Positions 8,764 through 17,096 are shown, numbered from the stretch's first letter. The stretch is DNA of 20,000 nt from an uncultured Gemmatimonadota bacterium (GCA_964490075.1 CAZBBK010000026.1:50499-70498); one strand, 5' to 3'. The notes: generated by a model from the sequence alone, not told the origin. Numbers and translations: made by a program.

Positions 8764-9240
8764 GTGCTGGTGCGGCTGATCGACGTGGTGCTGATTCTGC
8801 TCTTCGGGTTCATCTCGATCAGCACCATCGAGCGCCGGTCGCCGGTGCGCCTGCCCGACTCCGAGAGCAGCGTGCCGCTGCCGGCCGCGCGCGGCGACGT
8901 GGCCTCGGTCACGGTGCTGCACGATCCCGCGGCGGGGACCGGCGATGCGCCGCGACGCTACTTCGTCTCGCTGGCGCGTGGTCGCGAGACCGCGGTGGCC
9001 GGCGCGGCGGCCCTGCGCGCCGAGCTGGTCCGGCTCGCTGAGCGCAGCGCCACCCTGCAGCGCCTGGCCGGCCGTGATCCGGTGGCGCTGCGGGTCGATC
9101 TGCGGGTCGATCGCCAGGATCGGGTCGCCTCGCTCTTCGCCGCCCACGAAGTGGCCCGCGATCTCGGCCTGGCCACGCGCATCGTGGTGCGCGCCGCGGG
9201 CGCCGAGACCCTCATCGACGCCGCGGAGCAGACCCCATGA
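8764..9240 (+). CDS. exbD: ExbD/TolR family protein (copy 1)
   Basis: GTG start after GGAGGA. Single N-terminal TM RLIDVVLILLFGFISI with the conserved Asp, followed by VRLP and a C-terminal LRVDRQDRVASL...ARDLG. Follows exbB. Confidence 0.85.
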   Translation: MLVRLIDVVLILLFGFISISTIERRSPVRLPDSESSVPLPAARGDVASVTVLHDPAAGTGDAPRRYFVSLARGRETAVAGAAALRAELVRLAERSATLQRLAGRDPVALRVDLRVDRQDRVASLFAAHEVARDLGLATRIVVRAAGAETLIDAAEQTP

Positions 9241-9686
9241 CCGGCGGCACCATCATTCGCCTGATCGACGTGGTGCTGATCATCCTCTTCGGCTTCCTCT
9301 TCATCACCGACTACCAGGCCAAGTCCCACGTGCCTCTGCCGCAGGTACGCGAGCAGCAGCGCCCCGAGCCGCCGCCCGACGAAGAGGTCTACCGCGTCAT
9401 CGAGGTGTTCCGCCGCACCCATGCCGACGCCCCCTACTACTGGTACGGCAACACCGCGGGAGAGGAGCGGATCCTGCGCCGCATCGCCGCCCCCGGCGCC
9501 CTGGTCGAGCTGCTGCGCACCGAGCTGGAGCGCCACGGCGAGCGTTTGCGGGTGGTGATCGTGCCGCTGGCCGGCGCGCGCACCCAGTGGGTGGTCGACG
9601 TCTACGACATCTGCCGCGAGCTCGGCATCGAGCGCCCGATCGTGCGCGTCGACCGCGAATATCAGCACATGACCTCGAGAGGATGA
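9237..9686 (+). CDS. exbD: ExbD/TolR family protein (copy 2)
   Basis: ATGA overlap. TM RLIDVVLIILFGFLFI with the conserved Asp, VPLP, and C-terminal TQWVVDVYDICRELGI typical of the ExbD periplasmic domain. Confidence 0.85.
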   Translation: MTGGTIIRLIDVVLIILFGFLFITDYQAKSHVPLPQVREQQRPEPPPDEEVYRVIEVFRRTHADAPYYWYGNTAGEERILRRIAAPGALVELLRTELERHGERLRVVIVPLAGARTQWVVDVYDICRELGIERPIVRVDREYQHMTSRG

Positions 9687-9690
9687 GCGC

Positions 9691-10638
9691 GTGCCGATCC
9701 TGCTGCGCCCGAGCCCGACCGCGCCGCGACTGATCGGCGCGTGCGCGGCCGCGCTGGTGCTGGCGGCCGCCGCCCTGGTGGTGCTGCTCGCTCCCTGGCG
9801 CCTGCCGCGCCGCGTCGAGGATGCCTGGCGGCTGCCGGTCGAGCTCGAGTTCCCCGAGATCGCCCAGCGCATCTTCCGCAAGATCGAGCGCCACGCGCCG
9901 CGCGTCGATCCCGAGCCTCCGGCGTCCGACGCCCCGACCGACATCGACCGTCCCGAGACCCGGGCCGAGCTCCTGGAGCGCGCCGCCGCCACCGAGCCTC
10001 GCCGTCTCGACGAGCGCGCGCCGGCCCCGGTCGCCACCGCCCTCGAGCGGCCCGCCACGCCACCCCGTCCCGGCGAGATCACCATCCCCGCGCGCGATCC
10101 CGAAGGCGCCGGCGCTCCCCGAGCCCTCGACGCCGCCCCCGGTCCCACCGCCGCCGCCGCCGCCGATCCCGCCGCCCCGGTCGGCCGCGGCGCCGAGCTC
10201 TCGCCGCGCTCCGCCGCCGCTCCCGCCCTCTCCCTCGGTCCCACCGCGCGCCTGCTCGACTGGATGCGCCGCCACCCGGCCGCCATCGAGCCGCAGGTCG
10301 AGACCTTTCTGCTCTCCGCCGGCGGCCGCGCCGCGCTCAGCTCGCGCGTCGAGATCCAGGACCGGGGCCGGCCCTACGCCCTCTTCCTCGCCGCCATCGT
10401 CGACTCCGACCATCCCGAGCGCTCCGAGCTGCGCGTCGGCCTGCTCGATCGCCGCGCCGGCGAGATCGCCCGCCTGGTCGATCCCGAGCTGCGCGGCGCC
10501 TTGCCCTCGCTCAAGGTCGGCGAGGCCCGCGTCGACGCCTCCGGCCGGGTCGCCTGGGTCGACGCCGATCCCCGCTCCAGCGACGACGGGCGCTGGCATT
10601 CGGTCTTTCTGCGCTGGTTCGAGGAGCAGATCCCATGA
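9691..10638 (+). CDS. Single-TM, Pro/Ala-rich-linker membrane protein (TonB/TolA-like architecture, atypical C-terminal domain)
   Basis: N-terminal hydrophobic anchor (LIGACAAALVLAAAALVVLLAPW), long Pro/Ala/Glu/Arg-rich linker, globular C-terminus. Occupies the tonB position after exbBDD. Confidence 0.6.
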   Translation: MPILLRPSPTAPRLIGACAAALVLAAAALVVLLAPWRLPRRVEDAWRLPVELEFPEIAQRIFRKIERHAPRVDPEPPASDAPTDIDRPETRAELLERAAATEPRRLDERAPAPVATALERPATPPRPGEITIPARDPEGAGAPRALDAAPGPTAAAAADPAAPVGRGAELSPRSAAAPALSLGPTARLLDWMRRHPAAIEPQVETFLLSAGGRAALSSRVEIQDRGRPYALFLAAIVDSDHPERSELRVGLLDRRAGEIARLVDPELRGALPSLKVGEARVDASGRVAWVDADPRSSDDGRWHSVFLRWFEEQIP

Positions 10639-12308
10639 GCTCGAAGACCGGATTGTGGGGATGTCTTGCCCTGGCGGTCGTCCTGGTCCACCGCGCCTTC
10701 GGGCAGGCCCTTCCGCTTCCCGCGCAGGCCGGTGATGACGCGGAAGAGGCTCTGCCCGCCGCTGCGTCATCGGCGTTGCATCCGGCGCCGCCGCCGGGCC
10801 TCGATCCGGCCCTGGCCGGGTCGGTGCGGGCGCGCTACGGCCACCTGCTCCTGGCCCCCGCCACCGAAGACAGCGCGCGCGCCATCCTGGCCTGGGGCAA
10901 GCTGCGCTTCGAAGAGGCCGAGGGGATCTGGGCACGGCTCCATCCCCAGGCCGGCGAGGAGCTGCCCGCCGATCCCGACTCGACCTTCCTGATCGACTAC
11001 CTGCGCGGCGTGGAGCTGCTCGAGGCGGCGGAGACGGCGGACGACGCGCGGCAGATGATCCGCCACTACGAGCAGGCGCGCGCCGCCTTCGACGCGGTGC
11101 TGGCGAAGGATGCCCGCAACCGTGAAGCCCGCGACCACCTGGTGCTCTGCCTGGAGCGGCTGGCCGAAGCCTTCGAGTCGGCGACGCTCTACCGCAAGGC
11201 GGCCACCCTCTATCGCAACCTGATCGCCCACCAGGATCGGTCGAGCTGGTACTACCACTTCCGGCTGATGCTGGTGGAGGCGCGGCTGGGGCGCGACTAC
11301 CAGGCGCTGGAGACCGGCTACCTGGCCGAGGATCTGCTGCTGCAGCAGGCCGCCGGTCTCCTGCCGGCGCCGGCGAGCGGGGCGTTGGACCGCGCCGAGG
11401 CGCGCCGGGCGCGCGCCACGATCTTGCGCACCCGCTGGGAGATCGAACGCAAGCTCGGCCTCTTCGATGCGCTCCTGATCACCGCCGGGCGGCTGCAGGT
11501 TACGCAGGGCAGGCGGGAGCGCGGCGCCGATCGCGCGCGAGTGTCGGAGTATCAGCGGGCCATGGCCTGGGATCCGCGCGGCGGTGGGCACGACGCCTTC
11601 TACCGCCACCTGGAGCTGGTGCGGGCCTACAACGGCGGGCGCCACCAGCAGGCCTACCTGGGCTGGCGAGAGCTGCGCGAGGCGGCCCTCGCCGAGCGTG
11701 CCCGGCTGGTACTCGACTACTACCTGGCGCTGGTGGAGCGCAACCACCTGCAGCAGGGGGGCGAGGCGTTGGGCCGGCTCTACGGCTGGTGGGAGCGCTA
11801 CCGCGACCGGCAACGCGACCTGGCGGCGCTCGGGGCCCGCTACCTGAGCAGCGAGGACCATCCCGACGGCACCTACCTGCTGGAGGATTTCGGGGCGGCC
11901 TGCGAGGCGCGCGGGCGCGAGCTGATGGAGAGCGACCGCACCCTGGCGCTGGCCTACTTCGAGCAGTCGAGCCGGGTGCTCTGGTCGCGCCGGGCGGCTG
12001 CCGCCTACAACGCCGCCGCGCTTCTGCCGGAGCAGCACGGCGAGCCCTACCTGCTGCGGGCGCGCCGCGATCTTTTGATCGACCTCGATCCGGAGGGCGG
12101 CGACGCGGCCGCTCCGCTGGCCGCCGAGCACCGCGACCGACTGCGCGACATCGCGCCGCGGATCTACGAGGATCTGCTCTTGCTGGCGCGGCGCAGCGGC
12201 CGTCACTCCTGGATCGAGCCCTTGCGCGAGGAGCTGGCGCAAATCCGGGCCGAGGGGCACGCGGCGCGGCGCTTCGATCCGCCGATTCCGGCGCGAGGGG
12301 AGTCGTGA
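10635..12308 (+). CDS. Exported TPR-like alpha-helical protein
   Basis: ATGA overlap gives the start MSSKTGLWG (ORF 9741 is overextended). Signal peptide (..AFG-Q) and TPR-like helices (YEQARAAFDAVLAKDARNREARDHL; YRKAATLYRNLIA; ALAYFEQS). Confidence 0.7.
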   Translation: MSSKTGLWGCLALAVVLVHRAFGQALPLPAQAGDDAEEALPAAASSALHPAPPPGLDPALAGSVRARYGHLLLAPATEDSARAILAWGKLRFEEAEGIWARLHPQAGEELPADPDSTFLIDYLRGVELLEAAETADDARQMIRHYEQARAAFDAVLAKDARNREARDHLVLCLERLAEAFESATLYRKAATLYRNLIAHQDRSSWYYHFRLMLVEARLGRDYQALETGYLAEDLLLQQAAGLLPAPASGALDRAEARRARATILRTRWEIERKLGLFDALLITAGRLQVTQGRRERGADRARVSEYQRAMAWDPRGGGHDAFYRHLELVRAYNGGRHQQAYLGWRELREAALAERARLVLDYYLALVERNHLQQGGEALGRLYGWWERYRDRQRDLAALGARYLSSEDHPDGTYLLEDFGAACEARGRELMESDRTLALAYFEQSSRVLWSRRAAAAYNAAALLPEQHGEPYLLRARRDLLIDLDPEGGDAAAPLAAEHRDRLRDIAPRIYEDLLLLARRSGRHSWIEPLREELAQIRAEGHAARRFDPPIPARGES

Positions 12309-13066
12309 GGCGGCGGCGGGCGGAGGCGGCGGCGGGCGCGCTGCTGGCCGGGGCGCTGTCCGGCGCCGCGGCGCCGGCCGAGGAGCAGGCTCGGCTCGAG
12401 CCGGCCATCGTGAACCGCGCGTCGGTCTCTGGGCAGGCCCAGATCGGCCGTCTGCTGGAGGCTCTCGACCTGGTCTCGGTCGATCCCGCGGCGGTCGAGC
12501 GGATCGACGTCTACGACCTGACCCGCAACGGCTTCGGGGCGGGGGACGTGGTCCATGTCCACCCCACCGAGGAGCTGCGGGTGCTGGTCCACGTCGGCGC
12601 CGAGATGCGCGCCGAGATGGAGCGCTGGAGCGGCGGGGCGCAGCGCGAGCAGCATTTTTCGCCGCGCGTCGAGCCCGATTCGCTGGAGGCGCTGCGCGAT
12701 CCGCGCGCGGCGATCGCCGCCGGTACGATGCGCGCGGTGGAGCGCAACTACGGCCGCGGTCAGCCCTTCGGCCTGCTCTTGACCTCCGACGGCGAGGAGC
12801 GGGCGGTGTTCGAGATGTGGGGCTACCGGCCCGACTCGCTGCACTATCGGCCTCCGGCCGCCGGCGCCGGGCGGGCGTCGTACGACCTGGTCGACGTGGT
12901 GCGGCGCCAGACCGAGGTGATCGCCGACCGCGTCGCCTACGACCTGCTCTACATCCACGCCACCTCGACCGACACCCTCTTCCTGCCGGCGCCGCCCGAC
13001 GCGGCCGAGGAGGCGGACGATGAGGGCGGATTCCTGCACCCGGCCGGAGCCGGTGATGCGCCCTGA
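12305..13066 (+). CDS. Hypothetical exported protein
   Basis: GTGA overlap at 12305-12308 (ORF 11789 is overextended). Signal-peptide-like N-terminus, typical codon usage, no recognised family. Confidence 0.65.
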   Translation: MRRRRAEAAAGALLAGALSGAAAPAEEQARLEPAIVNRASVSGQAQIGRLLEALDLVSVDPAAVERIDVYDLTRNGFGAGDVVHVHPTEELRVLVHVGAEMRAEMERWSGGAQREQHFSPRVEPDSLEALRDPRAAIAAGTMRAVERNYGRGQPFGLLLTSDGEERAVFEMWGYRPDSLHYRPPAAGAGRASYDLVDVVRRQTEVIADRVAYDLLYIHATSTDTLFLPAPPDAAEEADDEGGFLHPAGAGDAP

Positions 13067-13964
13067 GTGGTTGCTGCCGGCGGCAGCGATCCTGGCGGGC
13101 GGCGCGGCGCGTGCGGCGGCGATCGTGCTGGTGCCCTTGACGCCGACCCGCGCCCTGGTAGCGGGGGCGCCGGGGGCGGCGATCGAGGTGCGCTGGGAGG
13201 GGGAGCGGGAGTGGCGGCCGCTGGTGGAGCCGCGGACACGCTACGCGGTGGTCGAGCGCGAGTCGCGCTGGCGCGGCGGCGAGCTGCGCGACGCGGCGGG
13301 GGGCGCGGCGCGGCGCTGGGAGCCGGGGCCGCTCTTCGAGGAGTGGGCGCCGGTGCCGGTGTCCGGCGGCGTGCTCCTGGTGCAGACCACCGAGGTCTCT
13401 AACCGCCACTGGGCCGCCTTCCTGGAGGCGACTGGCCGCGAGCCGCCGCCCGATCCGGGCTTTCCCGGCATGCGCGGCTACCTGGAGCATTTCCCGGAGC
13501 ATCCCGCGGTGCTGATCGGCTTCGCCGAGGCGCGCGCCTACTGTGCGTGGCGGGATCGGATGGCGGCGGACTCGGAGGCGGGCGCCGGGCCGCCGGGAGC
13601 GCGCCTCGAGGCCCCGCGGCTGCCGACCGCGGCCGAGTGGAGGCGCGCCGCCGAGGGTCTGAGGTTGGGCGCCGGAGCGCGCCGAGGCCGCCCGGCGCGG
13701 GGCGCCGCGGATCCGGTCGATCGCAGCCGCTGGGGGGTGTGGGATCTGGGCGGCAACGTCGCCGAGTGGTGCGCCGACCGCGCCGAGATCGACGACCCGA
13801 GCGGCGCGGCACCGCGGCGCGTGGTGAAGGGGGGAAGCTGGGCCGACCCGGGGCGCGGCCCGCGCGAGCTCGGCTACGGATCCGAGGAGCTGCGCCTCTC
13901 GACCCTGGGCATGCGCACGGTGCGCTGGCTGCCTCTGCCCGAATCTAGCGAGGAACGACCATGA
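13056..13964 (+). CDS. FGE-sulfatase/SUMF1-fold protein (GldK/GldJ-like, non-catalytic)
   Basis: ATG 13056 yields a signal peptide. Motifs TEVSN..W..FL, HPAVLIGFAEARAYCAWR, RLPTAAEW, WGVWDLGGNVAEWC, RVVKGGSW, LGMR. Confidence 0.85.
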   Translation: MRPEWLLPAAAILAGGAARAAAIVLVPLTPTRALVAGAPGAAIEVRWEGEREWRPLVEPRTRYAVVERESRWRGGELRDAAGGAARRWEPGPLFEEWAPVPVSGGVLLVQTTEVSNRHWAAFLEATGREPPPDPGFPGMRGYLEHFPEHPAVLIGFAEARAYCAWRDRMAADSEAGAGPPGARLEAPRLPTAAEWRRAAEGLRLGAGARRGRPARGAADPVDRSRWGVWDLGGNVAEWCADRAEIDDPSGAAPRRVVKGGSWADPGRGPRELGYGSEELRLSTLGMRTVRWLPLPESSEERP

Positions 13965-14713
13965 TCCTGTTGCACTTCCTGTGCGCCGCGGCGCTTTCGG
14001 CCGCTGGCCAGAATGCGACGATCGAGCTCGAGGGTGGACCGGTGGTGGTGGGGGGACACGGCGCATCGGAGCATCCGGGCGCGGCCGAGCGGCGCCGGGT
14101 GGTGGCGCTGGAGCGCTTCCGCCTGGCGCTGAGTCCGGTCACCAACCGCGAGTTCGCCGAGTTCCTGAACCAGGGCCACCAGGAGCTGTACGACCCGCGC
14201 TCGCGCATCGACCGTGGCGCCGAGGGCTTCGCCCCCGCTCCCGGCCAGGGCGCTTCGCCGGTGGTCTATGTGAGCTGGTACGGGGCGCGCGCCTACGCCA
14301 CCTGGGCCGGCGGGCGGCTGCCGCTGGCGGCCGAGCTGGAGCTGGCGGCGCGCGGGCGCGCGGGCGGCGAGGAGCTGCCGGTGCCCGAACGTGGCGGCGA
14401 AAGGGTGGCCGAGGGGACGCTGCACCCGGGCGGGGCGCCGCCGCGCCTGCACGCCGGGAGTGAGGCGCTCGGCTACCGCCGCCTGGAGCCGACGAGCGGC
14501 GCCGGGCTGCGCTATCCGGCGGGGATCTGGGAGTGGACCCAGGACCAGGAGGCGGCGGCGGAGCGCTCCGATCCGGAGCGCCTGGTGGTGGTGAAGGGGG
14601 GCGGGCGCGCCGACCCTCCGGCCAATCTCGAGGCCTGGATGTCGGCGGTGCGTCCGGCGACTTTGAGGGTCTCCGATCTGGGGTTTCGGGTGGCGTTCGA
14701 TGGGGCTCCTTAG
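13961..14713 (+). CDS. FGE-sulfatase/SUMF1-fold protein (non-catalytic)
   Basis: ATGA overlap and GAGGA SD. Signal peptide and motifs PVTNREFAEFLN, PVVYVSWYGARAYATWAGGRLP, GIWEWT, VVKGGG, DLGFRVA. Confidence 0.85.
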   Translation: MILLHFLCAAALSAAGQNATIELEGGPVVVGGHGASEHPGAAERRRVVALERFRLALSPVTNREFAEFLNQGHQELYDPRSRIDRGAEGFAPAPGQGASPVVYVSWYGARAYATWAGGRLPLAAELELAARGRAGGEELPVPERGGERVAEGTLHPGGAPPRLHAGSEALGYRRLEPTSGAGLRYPAGIWEWTQDQEAAAERSDPERLVVVKGGGRADPPANLEAWMSAVRPATLRVSDLGFRVAFDGAP

Positions 14714-14726
14714 GGTCCGCGCAAGA

Positions 14727-17096
14727 ATGGGCAGGTATTCTGGCGCCCAGATGTGGCGCAGATCTGGTCGATCGGCGGTGGTCGTCGCCACGCTGCTGGG
14801 GACGGCGGGCGGTGGGGGGGCGATCGACTTCGCGCCGCGGCTGCCGGCGCCGATCGGGGTCGAGCTGCGGGTTGCGCGTGTCGCCGGCGACTCGGTCGAG
14901 GTGGGCTTCCGTGTGGAGCGGCCGGGCGCCGACCTGGTGCTCGAGCGCTCGCTCGACGCGGGGCTCTTCTGGCCGGTGGCGCGGCTCGATGGATCGGCCG
15001 GCGTCTACCGCGATGCGCTGGACGCGAGCGTGGCCGCCCGCTTCCGGGTGGCGGGGGCGGGATGGACGCCCTCGGCGCCGGTGGTGCTCGGCGCGGGCGA
15101 AGGGAGCTCGAGGGCCGCAAGGGATGCGGCCATCGCCGTGCCGGAGCCGCCCGCGCCAGAGGCTCCGCCGCCTGTCGACGCGCCCGCGGCCGCCTGGGTC
15201 GCCGGCTACCTGGCGGCGCGCGTCGGTCCCGCCGCGGATCCGCGGGGCGCGGCGCCGCCGGTGCCGACCGTGCGGGCCCGAGGCAGCGCCCGGCTGGAGG
15301 TCGAGGCCGACCTGGCGGAGCCGGCCTGGGTCGAGCGGCGGCTGGTGGGGCGGGACGCGGTCTTTCGGCGCATCGGGCGCCTGGAGCCGGGCACCCTCTT
15401 CGCCGACAGCGATCCGCGGCTGGCCGCGCCGGGGACCGCGGCGGAGTATCGGCTCGCCTTCGGGGAGGAGGGGGAGCGCACCGGGGCGCCGAGCGAGGCG
15501 CTGGTCGCGACGCGCATCGCACCGCGCATCTGCGGCGTCGAGCGGATTTCGGACCAGGCAGCGCGGGTCAGGTGTGAGTCCGCCGACCCGACCGCGGAGG
15601 AGCTGCTGCTCTTCCGCCGGCGCTTGCCGCCGGCCGGCACCCGCGCCGGGATGCGCAACCAGGGCGTCCAGCCCGCTGCGGGGCGACGCAGCATTCCCGA
15701 GAGCCACCCGGCCGAGCCCACCCCATGGGAGTGGATCGCCGAGCTCGATCCGCGGGACCCGCGGTGGATCGACGACGAGCTGGGCCTCGGCGAGCGGGTG
15801 GTCTACCGGGTTCTCAGCGGCCGCGCGGGGCGGTTCCTGGAGGCGGGGCTCTCGCCGGCGCCCCACGAGGTCGGGGTCGACGCGCCGCCCGACCTGGCGG
15901 TGCGCAGCGGGGCCGGGCGGCGGGCGCTGCTGCGCTGGTCCGATCCGGTCGACTTCGAGCGCGGCTTCGTGGTCTACCGGGACCAGGGCGCGGGCGCGCG
16001 GCGGCTGGCGGAGCTGGCGCCCAACACCACCGCCTTCGTCGACTCGACCCTGAGCGGGCCGGGGCCGTGGCGTTACCAGGTGGCGTTGGCGCTGGCCACG
16101 GGGGAGTCGCAGCCCAGCTCCGCGGTGGCGCTGCGCGCCGAGGTGCGGGCGCCGGTCGAGCTGCGCGGGCGGCTCGAGTCGGGCGCGCGCCTGCACCTCG
16201 ACTGGCGGGCGCGGGGGCGAACCGTGACCGGCTTCGTGGTGGAACGGCGGCGGGCGGGCGAGGAGTCGTTCGCCGCGCTCGACACGCTGGGGCCGGCGTC
16301 GACCGCCTACGTCGACACACTGGTGGTGCCCGGGGCGGAGGTCGGCTACCGCGTGCGCAGCCTCGGCCTGACCCACGTCTCGGCGCCCTCGCGGATCTGG
16401 CGCTCACGGATCCCGAGCATGCCGGGCGTTGATCCGGGCGCCTGGCTCGATCTGGGGGAGGGTTGCTGGATCGCCCGCCGGGCGGTGACCCGCGCCGAGT
16501 ATCGGCTCTTCTGCGCCGCCGCCGGTGCGCCTGAGCCGGCGCGCTGGGCGGAGCCCGGGGGAGCGGAGGGGCGGCCTGCCGATGGGCGGCTGCCGGCCAC
16601 CGACCTGAGCTGGACCGAGGCGGCGGCCTACCTGCGCTGGGTGTCGGGGCTCTTCGGTTCGTTGCCGGCGGCGCGGAGGCTGCGGATGCCCAACGCGGCG
16701 GAGTGGGCGGCGCTGATCGGGCGGCCGGTGTCGTCGCCGCCGGCGTCCGGCGCGAGCGGCGCGCGTTGGTCGCGCGCACGTGTGATCCAGGACGAGACAC
16801 TTTTCGGCGTGCGCTCTCCCTTGCCGCGGCGCGCCGCCGAGGACGAAGGCGCGGAGGGCGAGGGCGCCGGCGCGCAGCCAACGGGCGCAAGTGTGACTCC
16901 GGCGCGCGAATGGCTCGACGACCGTTACGCCCCCGGCGGCCGGGCGCTGCGCTGGCGCCTGGTCGCCGACCGGCGCGGGGCGGGCGCGGCGGAGCCGCCG
17001 GATGCCGAGGTGCCGCTGCTGCCCTTCGACGAAGGGGCGCGTTACCGCGATTTGGGATTTCGGGCGTTGTGTGTGGTGCGTGGGGCGGGGGGGTGA
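14727..17096 (+). CDS. Exported fibronectin type III-like repeat protein with degenerate C-terminal FGE/SUMF1 domain
   Basis: Start at ATG 14727 or 14751. FN3-like units (LRWSDPVDFERGFVVYR...LAPNTTAFVDSTL...YQV; LDW...TGFVVERR...YVDT...YRVRS). C-terminal VTRAEYRLFC, LPATDLSWTEAAAYLRW, RMPNAAEW, YRDLGFR. Confidence 0.8.
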   Translation: MGRYSGAQMWRRSGRSAVVVATLLGTAGGGGAIDFAPRLPAPIGVELRVARVAGDSVEVGFRVERPGADLVLERSLDAGLFWPVARLDGSAGVYRDALDASVAARFRVAGAGWTPSAPVVLGAGEGSSRAARDAAIAVPEPPAPEAPPPVDAPAAAWVAGYLAARVGPAADPRGAAPPVPTVRARGSARLEVEADLAEPAWVERRLVGRDAVFRRIGRLEPGTLFADSDPRLAAPGTAAEYRLAFGEEGERTGAPSEALVATRIAPRICGVERISDQAARVRCESADPTAEELLLFRRRLPPAGTRAGMRNQGVQPAAGRRSIPESHPAEPTPWEWIAELDPRDPRWIDDELGLGERVVYRVLSGRAGRFLEAGLSPAPHEVGVDAPPDLAVRSGAGRRALLRWSDPVDFERGFVVYRDQGAGARRLAELAPNTTAFVDSTLSGPGPWRYQVALALATGESQPSSAVALRAEVRAPVELRGRLESGARLHLDWRARGRTVTGFVVERRRAGEESFAALDTLGPASTAYVDTLVVPGAEVGYRVRSLGLTHVSAPSRIWRSRIPSMPGVDPGAWLDLGEGCWIARRAVTRAEYRLFCAAAGAPEPARWAEPGGAEGRPADGRLPATDLSWTEAAAYLRWVSGLFGSLPAARRLRMPNAAEWAALIGRPVSSPPASGASGARWSRARVIQDETLFGVRSPLPRRAAEDEGAEGEGAGAQPTGASVTPAREWLDDRYAPGGRALRWRLVADRRGAGAAEPPDAEVPLLPFDEGARYRDLGFRALCVVRGAGG

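Noticed and set aside
7969-10638. Ordinary Tol-Pal or TonB uptake locus, or flagellar MotAB
   Set aside because: No tolB, pal, TonB-dependent receptor or flagellar gene nearby, and the small subunits lack a MotB-type OmpA domain. A role with receptors encoded elsewhere cannot be excluded.
13056-17096. Sulfatase maturation or diversity-generating retroelement target role for the FGE/CLec-fold genes
   Set aside because: No catalytic Cys pair or sulfatase gene. No reverse transcriptase and no template/variable repeat pair seen in the window.
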